A DNA stretch of 64,000 bases from Chara braunii (lineage: Eukaryota; Plantae; Charophyceae), in NCBI GenBank assembly GCA_003427395.1, contig BFEA01000020.1, positions 4,919,224 to 4,983,223 of the forward strand. The letters are read 5' to 3'. The position numbers were made by a program, and so were the translations under genes. Under the pieces are notes generated by a model. The model saw only the letters and a list, made by a program, of their open reading frames with translations, did no database searches and was not told where the DNA came from. Position 1 is the first letter of the stretch. The number at the start of each line of letters is the position of its first letter. Below, piece by piece: positions 37,216-49,980 of this stretch.

Positions 37216-37953
37216 TAGGGTTGCCAAGCCGAACGTACGGAGGCCCCTAAGCTGACCCCCGAACGTTCGGGCGTTCGGATCCCCGTACGAGGCCCGAACT
37301 TGAAAGAATTCGGACCCTGCAAAAAATTACTTTGGCGCCTAAATATTATTATTTTTCTCTGCAATTTTTTTGTGTGAGTTCTTTGTGATGTAAGGTATCT
37401 CCCTTGTATTTTTGAAGCTATTCTGTTCATCCAAACAAACATGAAAAATTGGCAAAGATGGTGGTGTAAATACTTGCTTGCCCACTCACTAATTGTTTTT
37501 TTCTCTTCTAATTTTTTGTTTTTCCTTTATTTCGAGACATGAAAAAAAAAATTTCAAACTTTATTTGTAAATTCCCTATTATGTAAGCTACACATATGTA
37601 AATTTTCATAACATTTGATACAACAAAAAAAAAAATGAAAAATCGCTAAAAGTGGCCGTGTCAAAAGCATGCTCGTCCACTTAATAATTTCATTCTTGTT
37701 TTTTTTTTCCTAATTTTTATTATTATTATTTATTATTATTAGTTGATTTTGATTTTAACTTCGGTAACGAATTTGGATGTAACGTTGAGGTAAATGTTGT
37801 TTAGTTTATTCTTCTACATAACATATATAGTTTTTAGATTTTTTAGTTTTTTTTTTTTTTTTTTAAATTCACGTTCGGCTGAACGGCCAAACGTGCCGAG
37901 ACGAGATCCGGAATGTTCGGGCGTTCGGCCCGTCCCGAATGCCGGAAACCCTG
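37216..37953. mobile_element. hAT-like MITE (TAGGGTTGCC...GGAAACCCTG)
   Basis: YAGGG termini; 8-bp flanks TATATATA/TATATACA; subterminal repeated CGAACG/CGTTCGG motifs at both ends; AT-rich core. Confidence 0.75.
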
Positions 37954-38749
37954 TATATACACAAATAAATTTAAAAAAGAAACCGATACAAGTCATAAGA
38001 CACGGTCAATAGCATGATTGTCCGTTGGATGACTTTCATCGATAGGTTTAACTTCTTCCCCGATCACATCCCGCGAAAGTCAAACCGTTTCGTGAATGTT
38101 TTTCACTCGTGGTCAATAACACTTCGAATCTTAGCTGAAACTATTTATGACGTGAAGATGTTTCAAAATTTTTCAAGTTCTCAAAAAATTAAACGATTCA
38201 AAAAATGTTGAAAATCTTAGATGCTTTTTCTTTAGAAATAAAATTTGAAAATGTGCACTGCAATGTTAACCCTTCCCGTCCGGTTGCATACAAATGCTGA
38301 ATATTTTAAGGACTGTGAAGTGGTAAAGCCACTGTAAATGTTGAAATACATATCCTCGTCCCACAGTGTAAAAACACAAAAGATTTTAAAAATTTTGAAG
38401 TATTGAAACCGTTGATAATTTAGAACTCCCCACTCCGGCCTCCCCTATTTTATTTCTTTAAGGCCGTTTTAATTAAGGACAGTTGTACTTCAACATTTTC
38501 AGTAGATTCACTACTTCGAAACTTCATAACATTCAACATTCGCTTGCCCTGTCCGAGCGTGTATGAGCATTGAATATTCAATACACTTCGAAGTCGGGAA
38601 TCCACTAAAAATACGAAAGTACAGCCTCCCTGTCCGAGTTCGTAGGAACCCTGAAGATGCTGAAAATTTTAAAGTGGTGAAAACACTATTAATTATGACT
38701 TCGAGGTTTGTCGGCGTTGCAAACCCCTCAATCATCGTCCATTCGATGA

Positions 38750-39731
38750 GTTGTGAGCTTCACCGGTTCCCATGCAACGAGGCCCATCGATTGCCATGGA
38801 TATCACTGCGCTGTTTTCCAAGTTTAAGCTCGACTTCGATGACATTCTCACAGTGGTGAATCGGCTCACAAAGTTTGTCATGTTGTCGCCTTGTTGCTAT
38901 CACGCCCAGGCATGGGAGTTGGTTGAGCTTCATTTCGCCGATTGGATACACATAATGACTCTGATCCGTTTGGACCAAAACGATTTAGTTGAGGGCCTTT
39001 CGAACATTGAGTTGGCTTACACCACGTTCATCCATCCGTCTATCATCCTTTTCCTATCTGAGTTAAAGCATGGTTCGTCAACCAAGAGTGACGACCACAA
39101 TGCCTTTATTCGACGGACGCAAGAGTTTGTCAAGACACGATATTAACTTTTGAACACGCGACAGCGCATGAGCCATAAAACCAATGACCACCATTTCTTT
39201 GCCCATTTCGCAAATACGATCTTATTTGGGTCTCAGCTGCGGAATTCAGCCTTGGGCACGACATCTCTCACAAGCTCCTCACAAAATGGATCGGGCCTTG
39301 GCACATTACCACCCTCGCTGGTGACGCACCAGATGGGCACTCGCTTGCAATGAAGGTACTCGCCCACTTGTCTGACCACCTCGTCTTTTATTGTTACAAC
39401 TTGGTCCATTCATTTCGGTAGAGCAAGACGACTATCCAGGGCGACGATCGCTAAATCCTCCTTCTATGGATGACTTTCAGGAGGATAGCGACATTCTTTT
39501 ACAACGGAGCTACGACAACAAGCCGATCGAGTATTTGGTGCAATTTTGGTAATGGAACCATAGGGTTGACCCGCGCGGAACTTCACGTTACGACACCTGA
39601 TGCTCTCACACGATACAAGTGAAGCATAAAGGCAAGACAACACCTTCCTCTCCTTGCCATATTCGCGTTCGGGTTCCACCTTCGGATCGACAACTTGGTC
39701 CTTACTCTTTTCGCCTCCTAAGGAGGCGGGG
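38750..39731 (+). pseudogene. Highly degraded Gypsy integrase/chromodomain remnant with PPT
   Basis: SIAMDIT, DILTVVNRLTKF, KLLTKWIGPW. AAGGAGGCGGGG followed by TGTAGC (putative 3' LTR start 39732). Confidence 0.75.
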
Positions 39732-40038
39732 TGTAGCACGTTAAGGCTTGAACACGGACCCTGTTTTAGCCCTCAAGCCGCACAACCACTTAGGTCACGC
39801 GACCGGGGAGGCCCACAACCATTTTCAAGCTTGAGCTATGTTTTGGCCCACACATGCATTTTTTTTTTGACTTAGCATTGTTTATTTATTTATTCATTTT
39901 TGTTGAGTTATTGGATTGGTTTATTTTTGTTTGCTCCTAATAGTGCTCTTTCAAACTTTTTCAGAGTCCGAACATACCTGTGTCTATTTGGACCTGAGGA
40001 CCACATTGAGGCCCAGGAAGGCTAGGTTCGTGTCTGTC

Positions 40039-41056
40039 TGTAGTGAGAGAGTTCCTGCTCCATCAGCAGGATCCTGTGGATGACGGGTAAAGACTCAAGT
40101 AGGCTGTTTTGAGGCCAGACCACTGGTCCAGGACTTGGGCCTGCAATCAAGGCCGTCGATTGGATACTAGATCCGATGGTCCTGATCAAAAGCCGAGGAC
40201 TACCCGGCCAGGTCCAACGCTACATAGTTGGGCCATCTCTCTGGACCAGGGCGCATTTAGTAGTCCCATGGTGGGCGTCACGCCGCGGGAGCAGCGCGCG
40301 ACTTCTGAGCCTGCCCTAGAGGTAGAGGTGTAGGAAAGAGAGAGGAGCCTGGAGAGCCATCCACATGACTTCTAAGCGCTGCGCTAGATGCAGAGGTGTA
40401 GGAGAAAGCGGAGACTCGAGGGCCATATCCGCTGGTAGAGGGAGACGACCCACCTGGGCGCCATAACTTGGACTGGGCTACAGCAACCTGCAACACAGGG
40501 CACCACTCCACCAGTTAGTGTTGACAGGACTTCAGCAGCAGGAGGGGAGAGAAAGGATAGAGGAGACTTCTCTCTAATTGTTCTTCCTCTTCCAGCCTCC
40601 GACCTCCATAGTTCTCCTTCTTCTTCTTCTCCTTCTTCTTCTTTGTTTTCAGAGAGAGAGAGAGAGAGAGAGGTTACAGGCTGAGTCTTTGCTGGGCTAG
40701 GAGGCCCAGGATCTGATTCGACATTACAGGGGCAGAAATTGATCGGACACTTGACAGGGAGACTCTTTTTGGATAGCATTAGTGATTCGACATTGCACCG
40801 ACACTGATTGCAACTCTGGTTTAATCCCTCGCCTCTATCATTGTCTTGCTCCAATACCCTCCCTTCATCCGTGGTGTACTTCCCTTGCGTGTGTACAAGG
40901 AGGGCCCTTTCTTCCATGTTTGCGGTCCCTCCTCTCCACTCACATATGTGTGTTGATGATGGGCTGAGTCCGGTCTCAGTCACTGATGCAGGTCGTGATT
41001 TCGAGTCTTCCGCTGTGCTACATCGTCTCATTTCATGCTCGTATGTTCTCACATTG
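40039..41056 (+). mobile_element. Solo LTR with 5-bp TSD
   Basis: CTGTC at 40034-40038 and 41057-41061. Starts TGTAGTGAGA and ends TCTCACATTG (degenerate end). 3' part shares motifs with the Gypsy LTR (CCTTTTCTTCCATGT, GTCTTCCGCTGT). Confidence 0.7.
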
Positions 41057-42361
41057 CTGTCTTGTTGATGCGTTGTGAGTCTGAAACCTTATCATCACTT
41101 TGCTGGTCCTTGGCTCCATCGGATCACTCGGTCTGATCCTCGTCACTCGGTCTGATCCGAGCATGCACCAGCTACCCTGGGTACTCCCACCTAGCCCAGC
41201 TGTCCTCCGTAATGTGCCAAGTTCAGGTATACCATGTGTGGATATCAAAGGCTGAGTCTTTATCATCAGCCAAAGATCAGCATCTCTGCCATCAATCTGG
41301 AAAAATCACAATATCCATTAGCACCTGTAATGACCCCAGCATCTGGTCATCAACGGACCAAATGCATTTCGTGTCATCAACTGCGTCCTCATCCAGTCTC
41401 GATAGTCAATCATATAGGTTACCCCTTCTCCATGACCGAGAAGAGTGTATGGCAATCTCTCTATCCCTCACCATCCGTGCCATCTTCCCTCATAGTTCAC
41501 AATCCCCCATCTGCCAACTATCAGACTGCACTACTGTCCTCACCCCAGTAGAACGCTTTTCCGGTCATTATAGCGGTATCTGGGGCAACTTCCAGTCTAG
41601 ATTCAGCGATGGTCACCTGGTGTTCTCTTCGTCTGAAGATGATCAGCAGAGGGACAAGTAAATGGGATGCCAACTAACAGCAAATGAGAGGATGACGGTT
41701 GACAACAGACGAACCCACAGCTTCACCTTTACGGCTACCGTTCTCCAACCAACTGAGCTAACATGTCTTGTCCTTGAGGGGCCCATTTTCCACGGCCTCT
41801 GGCTCCTTTTTGTTTCTCTTTTTTTTATTGTTTCAACTTGGATGGACAATTTCATTTATTCGAGTTGTGCTTTTCTATTTGGCAAGCTTGGGAGTCCATA
41901 AGAGAGGTCACGGCTCACTTGTTTCTCCACAGTCAGCCAGCGATGGGTTGTGGATTGGAAGAAGTCCGCACTCAGCCAGGGATGGGTTCAGAAACATAGG
42001 CTCAAAGGTACTCAATTGTTTAAAGAGTTCATGACTCCAAACATCAAGATGGGGAATCCACAGCTCAAAGCATCTGGTATGGGGATCCTGCAGCAGCGCA
42101 GCTTGTCAAGGGTTCGGACTGCTGATGAGTCAGTGCAGGCCTGGCAAAACACTCACCACCACCATTGTGTGTTTTGTCATGTCTGTTCTTTGTTTTTCTT
42201 TTTTTTCCCCATTCTTACACGGATACTTTTCTTGTTCTACATACTTCCGTGCTTTGATGCCTTCACATGTTTACATTCCTTCCATACCTGGTGACAAGCT
42301 CATTTCTGAGTGCTCTCTAGACACAACTTAAATGTGATCGCGGAGCTCTTCTCCCCACCGC

Positions 42362-42418
<57 letters not shown>

Positions 42419-42526
42419 CCAGACAAGCACTCACACAGATACAAGTCTGCAAAAATCCAACGGAACACTCTGGCAGTCGTGCTTTCTTTGAGGAGTTGTA
42501 CATAGCAAACATAACAGCTCGCGGGT

Positions 42527-42565
<39 letters not shown>

Positions 42566-43244
42566 GATTGTTTTTTTATACATGGCCTAATTCTTTGCCC
42601 TGCTTTGTAGCATGGCCTGACTTGTGGACGAAGTAATGTCTGTGGGTGGCCACAACTTTTTTTCTGGGGTGGGAGTTTGGGGGTTTGGCCGACATCATCC
42701 AATTCTTCAGGTTGCACGGCAAGGGGAGGTTCATGGCACTCTTGGGTGTTGCGCACAGGTCCTGCGGTATATTTTTAACTTGCGGTGGCGTTGTAGGCTG
42801 TCGCTGGGGGCTGTATGATATTTTTTTTTTACCATTGGCATGTGTGGTTGGTGCTTTTTTGTGCTTTTTTGTTATTGGAGCCTTCTTTGTTATACTGTTT
42901 CGTGGTTTCGTGGGTCAACGTGGAGGGCTCTCCAAGTTTTTTCGGACCTATGGGGGATGGGGTCGGTGCTTTCTTGCTGGTGGAGTCCTCTGTCTCAGGT
43001 AAGTTGCTTCTTGCCCTCCACACTTTCACGGATCAAATAAATTTATGTATATATGTACATGTGCAAATGTGCCACTTCGGTGGTGGACGGGTGTGTCGAC
43101 ACTTGGTGCTGAACCACACAAATGTGGCCAACCTGCATTTTCTATTCTATTGTCTTAGTTTTTTGTCCATCTATACTTTTTCATTATGGAGTGTTTGTTA
43201 TGATTTTTGAAGGAAATAAGAGAGAGAATTTGGGGTGCTTTCAC

Positions 43245-43285
<41 letters not shown>

Positions 43286-44274
43286 NNNNNNNNNNNNNNN
43301 NNNNNNNNNNNNNNNNNNNNNNNNNNNNNNNNNNNNNNNNNNNNNNNNNNNNNNNNNNNNNNNNNNNNNNNNNNNNNNNNNNNNNNNNNNNNNNNNNNNN
43401 NNNNNNNNNNNNNNNNNNNNNNNNNNNNNNNNNNNNNNNNNNNNNNNNNNNNNNNNNNNNNNNNNNNNNNCACACGTCATCATCATATCATCTATGACGT
43501 TCTATGTGTTCTCTTTCTTGTTTGTGTTCTGGACTTTTCCCCTTCTCCGAAGTCTCTTGCGGGCATAATCTTAAAGCTGTGTCAAATAGTCAGTGCTTGT
43601 TCGTTAGAACTGCTTGGAGCACTAATAGGGGGACTTCTGTCTTTGGATGCCTGTGTCGCTCTTTCCCCCGGTAGTAACAGCTTTGTCGTCTGGGTCCCTG
43701 GCTCTTTATGGTGGTGTGGACCTACCTACAGTCTCTGGAATTCTAGTCGTACTGCGAGCAGGTGATGATCACCTTTTGTTTGTGCTGTGTGTATGAACTG
43801 CCTTGGGCGCTGCCCTGCTTCATGGCCACCCATCTGCGCACCTTGTATTGCTGCACTGCTTGCCCACTTGCACTGCGTTGCTGCCCTTGTGCACACTCAC
43901 CTGCTTGTGTGCTTGCCCTCTGCTTTTCCCAGCTTGGTTGCCTTGCTGTCTGGCTTCATGTCGGCCACCGTCCTCTGCTTTACTGCTGCCCCCTTTGCCT
44001 TGCTACTTGTGTCGTAACCTGCCTGAGTAACACTCCCAGAGGGACTGAAGTAGACTACGACTCATCAAAGCATCAATACGGGAACCCCGCAGAGCAGCAA
44101 AATAGTATGTCGCTGTCCTCGTTCTTTCTTTTTCTTGGTTTTTCATTTCTCTGTTCTTTTTGTTCATGATGTGGGTTGTGTCATTCAAGTCTTACATGAC
44201 AACCGTGATGAGTGGTCAATGGGAAACATCCTTCCCGGGCAGTCGTTTCGAGTACTTTTTGCTCAGTATTTAAT

Positions 44275-44336
<62 letters not shown>

Positions 44337-44448
44337 GCATGGACAGTGCAAACATGCACAACACGTACATACAGATACAGTCCTCCCTGTCACCAATCAC
44401 TTCTGGCGCATCTCGTCACTTGATTTTATAGGTGTTTGAACCGTGCTG

Positions 44449-44483
<35 letters not shown>

Positions 44484-44486
44484 GTG

Positions 44487-44570
<84 letters not shown>

Positions 44571-47500
44571 GAAACAAACACGCGCACACATACAAAGCCA
44601 GATCAAACAACCGTTTCATGTCGAAAGGTGTATTGTCAGACCTCCTTCCCTTCTCAAAACAATGATGATGCACGTGCTGCTAACGACAGGTGGGTGTTCC
44701 CGAACCCACAAGGACTGTCTCAACCAGTAAATCAGGACAGTTCAGTTCATAACATGCAGCAGAATTATGCAAATGTCATGTACTCGTCTATAGCATTGTA
44801 ATGCCAGGCAACATTCCAGAAAACCTTATGGAATATTTCACTAGGACACCCTCAGCCTATCCAGACACATCCTCCACCTCCTGAAAAGCACGACACAAAC
44901 TCACATCCCTGAACGACACAATGGTGATGCAGTCCCTCCAAGATTCCTTGAAAGCTGGTGTCTAACTCAGAGCACATGTGGCAAAACTTTCAAAGGCCAG
45001 GGGTGAGAACCACACATTGCCTCCCATTCGTTGCTGAGGCAGCCAGTCTAAAGATGGGTGTCCAATGTACTATTCATTGACAGAAACCCTTTTACAATGC
45101 AGATGTTGCCCAGGTAAAAAACCGGCGAGTACCCAAGACGAATCAAAGCCAGCCCTTCTCATGAAGCAACACTAGAATCTCTGGAGAAGATCAAGCAGTT
45201 GCCCTGATTGCAGCCTCTCGCTAATGTGAAATGCAAGGGCGCATCACCTCCGCCGGAACAAATCTTGGCAGGCTCAGATCGCGCCATCTCTTTTTCTTTT
45301 TGAGAGCGACGAAATCCAACCAACCACACTGAACGGGTATGGTGAAAAAATTGGACAACAGAGCACCCACAGCAGGTTACGGTTGGCACACAACCCACCA
45401 GCACCAACCAGCTGGTGTCATCAATACGATCCACACTCAAAGTAGGGGCAACGGCCTCCTAAGGAACAAAATTCGTTCCTTGCCTTTCGTTTCAGAGGTA
45501 ATCCATACCCCTGAACAGTGAACACCATACGAAATCCACCCGGTACATCAGGAAATGGAACAATAGCAGACAATAGAACAACAGCAGCTCACCATAGGGG
45601 CAACAGCCTCCTAAGGAACGAGATTCGCCCCTTGCTGTCCGTTTCAGAGGGAATCCGTACCCCTGAACACCATACGAAATCTACCCATTCCATCAGGGAG
45701 CAGGCAATAGAACAACAGCAGAGAGTAACTATACGGCTGTACGTCAGGCAATGGAACTATAGCAGAAAGTTATGCCCAGTGTCGACAGCTTATACATGTG
45801 CAATGACATTACTTTACAAACACTACTGCCGATATCAAATTCCACATTCAACCCACCAGAGAGTGTGGACTGTGAACATCACACTTCAACCGCCCTCCAG
45901 ACGGCGTGAACAACTACGACTAATCTCTTCTCTTTGACGCATACCTGTGCCCCTTCCACCGCAAGTGAAGACCTGTCCCCCGGGATCCTGTATGATTGGG
46001 AAAAAGAAATCTGTATATCTATCTGAACAGACAGTTAGTTAAAACTGACTTTTTCTTTTGCTGAACAAGATTGGGCTTCGTCACAAACCCATCGTTTTTA
46101 GCATTTCGCGTGTCTTCAGGACGTTCGACCATGTAGGCATACCGCTGGTGAAGAAGGCACTGATGCCAGACTAGGTTGGAGGAAAGTGGGCTTGAACATC
46201 CTTGAAACATATAGCAATACAGGTTTTGTTGGTCAATCATAAAGGAGCTTGGGGGACAGGTCTAGNNNNNNNNNNNNNNNNNNNNNNNNNNNNNNNNNNN
46301 NNNNNNNNNNNNNNNNNNNNNNNNNNNNNNNNNNNNNNNNGTCTAGGTTGGAGGAAAGTGGGCTTGAACATCCTTGAAACATATAGCAATACAGGTTTTG
46401 TTGGTCAATCATAAAGGAGCTTGGGGGACAGGTCTTCCGCTGCCGTGGAATAGCTCGGATGGATGGTGCCTTCAATCCCCTCAACGGAGATTTTCGATCG
46501 GTATGTGTCCTTCAGCAAAGACTTGTCGCTTTGATTCCAACCAGGCTGTTTCTTTCTCCAGCAGCCACAAGAAAAACATAATGGGACACTAAATCCTGAT
46601 GACGAACTGATCTATCCTGCAACCCTGTTTCCCTGCGGGAAACTAAAAGGCAGAGCGAAACATGCCCTGCAGACCAGAATAATGCCTCGCTATTTCCAAA
46701 GCTTGCTAAGGTAAAAAAAGCACTAGTAAATCCCACAGGCAGCGATGGAACCGAGTGTCTGATAATGTACACAACCAATTCTACAAGACAGTTCAGCGCC
46801 ACAGCACTTCCCTTGTAATTTGTGTTTTTGCTATGGTGGCCTTATAGATAGTCAATCGTGGAGAGCCCAGCCGTAAACACCCAAGATGAACGCGATCACA
46901 ACTCCGGTAAAATGCCAAACCCTCAAGAGAGCAATGTAGCGAGTCGTGAAGTTGCGTGACTATCCAAACCGAACCCACATACTCCATCAGCACAGCCTCT
47001 TCTGCGAACAGCAGAAGTATATACGGATATACATACTATATAGTATATATAGCAAATGTATTCTAATAGCGTCAGAGAAAAGAAGCAATGACATGCTTCT
47101 GAATCACCGGAAGCATCATATGCTTCTGCATTCTGTTTTGGTATATCTGGCCCCTCATAGTGGAGGGGTACCTAAAGCACCAGCATCACTACTGTTATGT
47201 ACATGGCAATGCCCAGACATCATGAGATGACTGCAACGCATTGTTGCACACAGGCAATCAAGGGGTGTGACACTCTCACCCGAATTCAGTCAACGGGGGA
47301 TCGGGAAGGTAAACTTCTGGGTGTGGTACGGAGATGAATGGAGATAACGGAGATCAAATAATACTCGAACATTGACAGGTTATCATAGCTCTCTTACTTA
47401 GGCTATATCCAAACTCGAACTCTGAACAAGACGGAAGGGGCACAAGGGAATCAAGACCTGAGGGAGGCTGTGAACACCATCCCTCTGTCCATGTTTCCCA

Positions 47501-47849
47501 TCATGTCTGAGATGTGGAATGCTGCAGGTGAGCAGACTGTAACAGGGACCCTGATTAAGAAGGGGAGGGCATACAGCAAGCAAGCCATGAAGGGTGGGGC
47601 ATGAAGAGCACCGCCTACCTCACCATACCCCTTGCCATTATGTCTGAACTACAGACCCTGCAGAGCACACCACCTCCCATCCAGCGTGAAAACACTGCGG
47701 CCATGAGAAACCAAACGGTTACCGAGCTCCAGCAGTCACCTTGACTTCGGGACTTAGCCATCGCCTTCACAAATGCAAAGAATAGATAGACAGGTGTGAA
47801 GCAGGCTTCTCTTCAAAAAGCGGATAAGCAAATTTGGAACTCGAACCAA

Positions 47850-48645
47850 GATCACAGGAATTGGAGCCCGATCCAACTCAGTGCACCCTCCTACGCTTGT
47901 TGACATGGAGTTGGCGGCTCACTGCAACTTCATATGCCATGTGTCGGGCTCTTTGGTGGTCAAATCACAGGAATAAGAGCCCTATCCAAATAAGTGGACC
48001 CCGCTACACTGTGCCAGCAGCTGCAGTAAGACAGAGGATACAAGCGTTGCTGTTAAAAACTAGGGCTTAGCCCTAGACAGGCAGCAGAAACTACTAAGCT
48101 GGAGTCCGGTAGAGGCAGAGGGAATTTCCGGTGGAGCAGTGACATGCAGTTGGTGTGTCATTGCAACTTCATGTGGTATGTGTAAGACACTTGGGGGGTC
48201 GAATCACAGGAATTAGAGCCCTATCCAACTCGATGCACCCCAGTACGCTTGACATGGAGTTAGCAGTGCACTGGTGGACCCCCCTACGCTGTGCCAGCAG
48301 CCGCGGTAAGACCGAGGATGCAAGCGTTATCTGGAAGAATTGGGCATAAAGCATCTGTAGGTGGCTTTTTCAGTCTGCTGTTAAAAACTAGGGCTTAACC
48401 CTAGACAGCAGCAGAAACTACCAAGCTGGAGTCCGGTAGAGGTAGAGAGAATGTCTGGTGGAGCGGTGACATGCAGTTGGCTGCTCATTGCAACTTCATA
48501 TGGTATGCGTAAGGCACTTGGGGGGTCGAATCACAGGAATTATACCCCTATCCAACTCAGTGCACCCCGCTACACTTGACATGGAGTTAGCAGTGCACTG
48601 CAACTTGATATGGTATATGTAGGGCTTTTGGGGGGTCAAATCCCC
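47850..48645. repeat. Mosaic tandem repeat (~330-bp higher-order unit)
   Basis: Recurrent blocks ATCACAGGAAT..CCCTATCCAACTC, TGACATGGAGTT, GCTGTTAAAAACTAGGGCTTA.CCCTAG. Confidence 0.85.
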
Positions 48646-48693
48646 AGTGATTTTTTTACCTTTCGATAGGGAAGGCTAACGGATTGGGAAGAT

Positions 48694-48805
48694 AGCCTGA
48701 AGGTATCGCCACACGGCTTCCGCACCTGGATGACGGCAGACAGAGTCCAGCCTGAAGGTATCGCCACACGGCTTCCGCACCTGGATGACGGCAGACAGAG
48801 TCCAG
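48694..48805. repeat. Perfect 55-bp tandem duplication
   Basis: AGCCTGAAGGTATCGCCACACGGCTTCCGCACCTGGATGACGGCAGACAGAGTCC x2. Confidence 0.9.
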
Positions 48806-49980
48806 TGTGACCCGAGGGATGTGACCGGTGGATGGAAAAGAGAGAAGGAATAAGAAAGACATGGATGCAACACAGGCTGTCAAGGGGCACAGTTGACACA
48901 CTGTACTGGCTTATCTGCCTATTCCAGGAAAGTCTGGATTCGGCACAAACTGCCTCATACCCTACCCCACAGCACGACCAAATCTGTGAAACCCATGTGC
49001 AGTACAGCCTAATCCACCTGGGCCACAACCAGCATATAAAGAATCACAACTACACTGTGAAAAGTCATACCCAAATTTCAGGGTAGACAAACAAACAATT
49101 GGCTGCGAACTTGAAAATCCCATCTCAAAAGGCTGGAAAGGTGCTGACAAGTAGGAGACAGAAGAACGAGTTTCATCAGAAAGAAAACTGGTGGTAGACG
49201 AACAGCTCAGCAGCGAGAAAACTGCAGTGTATCAACAGCCGATCCGAGGAAAGAAAAACCACAGTTTCAAAGACAAAAAAAAGACAAACCATGGTATCTC
49301 TTAAAGGGACCGGGGAAGGTATGGACCAACCAAGTCCCTTCGGTCGTACATGAATGCCACTGTGTCAATACAACGGTTCCACAAATCAGAAACCGAACTT
49401 CGCCGGGAGCATTTCCAGGCAAGCAAGAGACAGAGGGAAGTAGGCAGAGGTGGAAAGCCGGACGAATGGATGAGGGGAAGATGAAGACATCCAGATACAC
49501 AGGCGTACACAGATGTAGACAGATGAGACAGACAAAGAGACGGGCAGGCAGGTTACCAACAGATTTACAAACAACATCACTGCCAGTGAGGGTTTGTGAA
49601 CAAACAGTGGAAAGAGGCAACCTAACAGGATCAGTCCCTCAGTGCTCACTGCAATCTGGGGGAAACTGTCGGCAATGCTCCTTCATAGCGCGTAGACAGA
49701 TATGCAGACAGAAAGAGAAACAACAACCAGCCAAATTTTGACTGGTTATGAAATTACTTTTTTGGCGACTCAATTGAGTGGTATTTTCATGGGAATTTTA
49801 TATTTTGCTGTAGTTTTTTTTTATGGAAAATAACTGCAGTTCGTTTTCATGTGTGGGCACCTGACGTATATGTGATTGGTGGGGAACTCAGGGGCCTTTT
49901 CATTTTGCCCTGGAATTCAGGGGCCCATTGCATGACAGGTAATGTTCACTCATATCAGACAGACAGGCGCAGGCAGAGAA

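Noticed and set aside
38362-38385. CACAGTG followed by ACAAAA (RSS/Transib-like)
   Set aside because: Spacer length is wrong, and there is no partner terminus or transposase.
46170-46433. ~95-bp direct repeat flanking the gap 46266-46340
   Set aside because: Identical sequence on both sides of an N-gap; most likely unmerged contig overlap.
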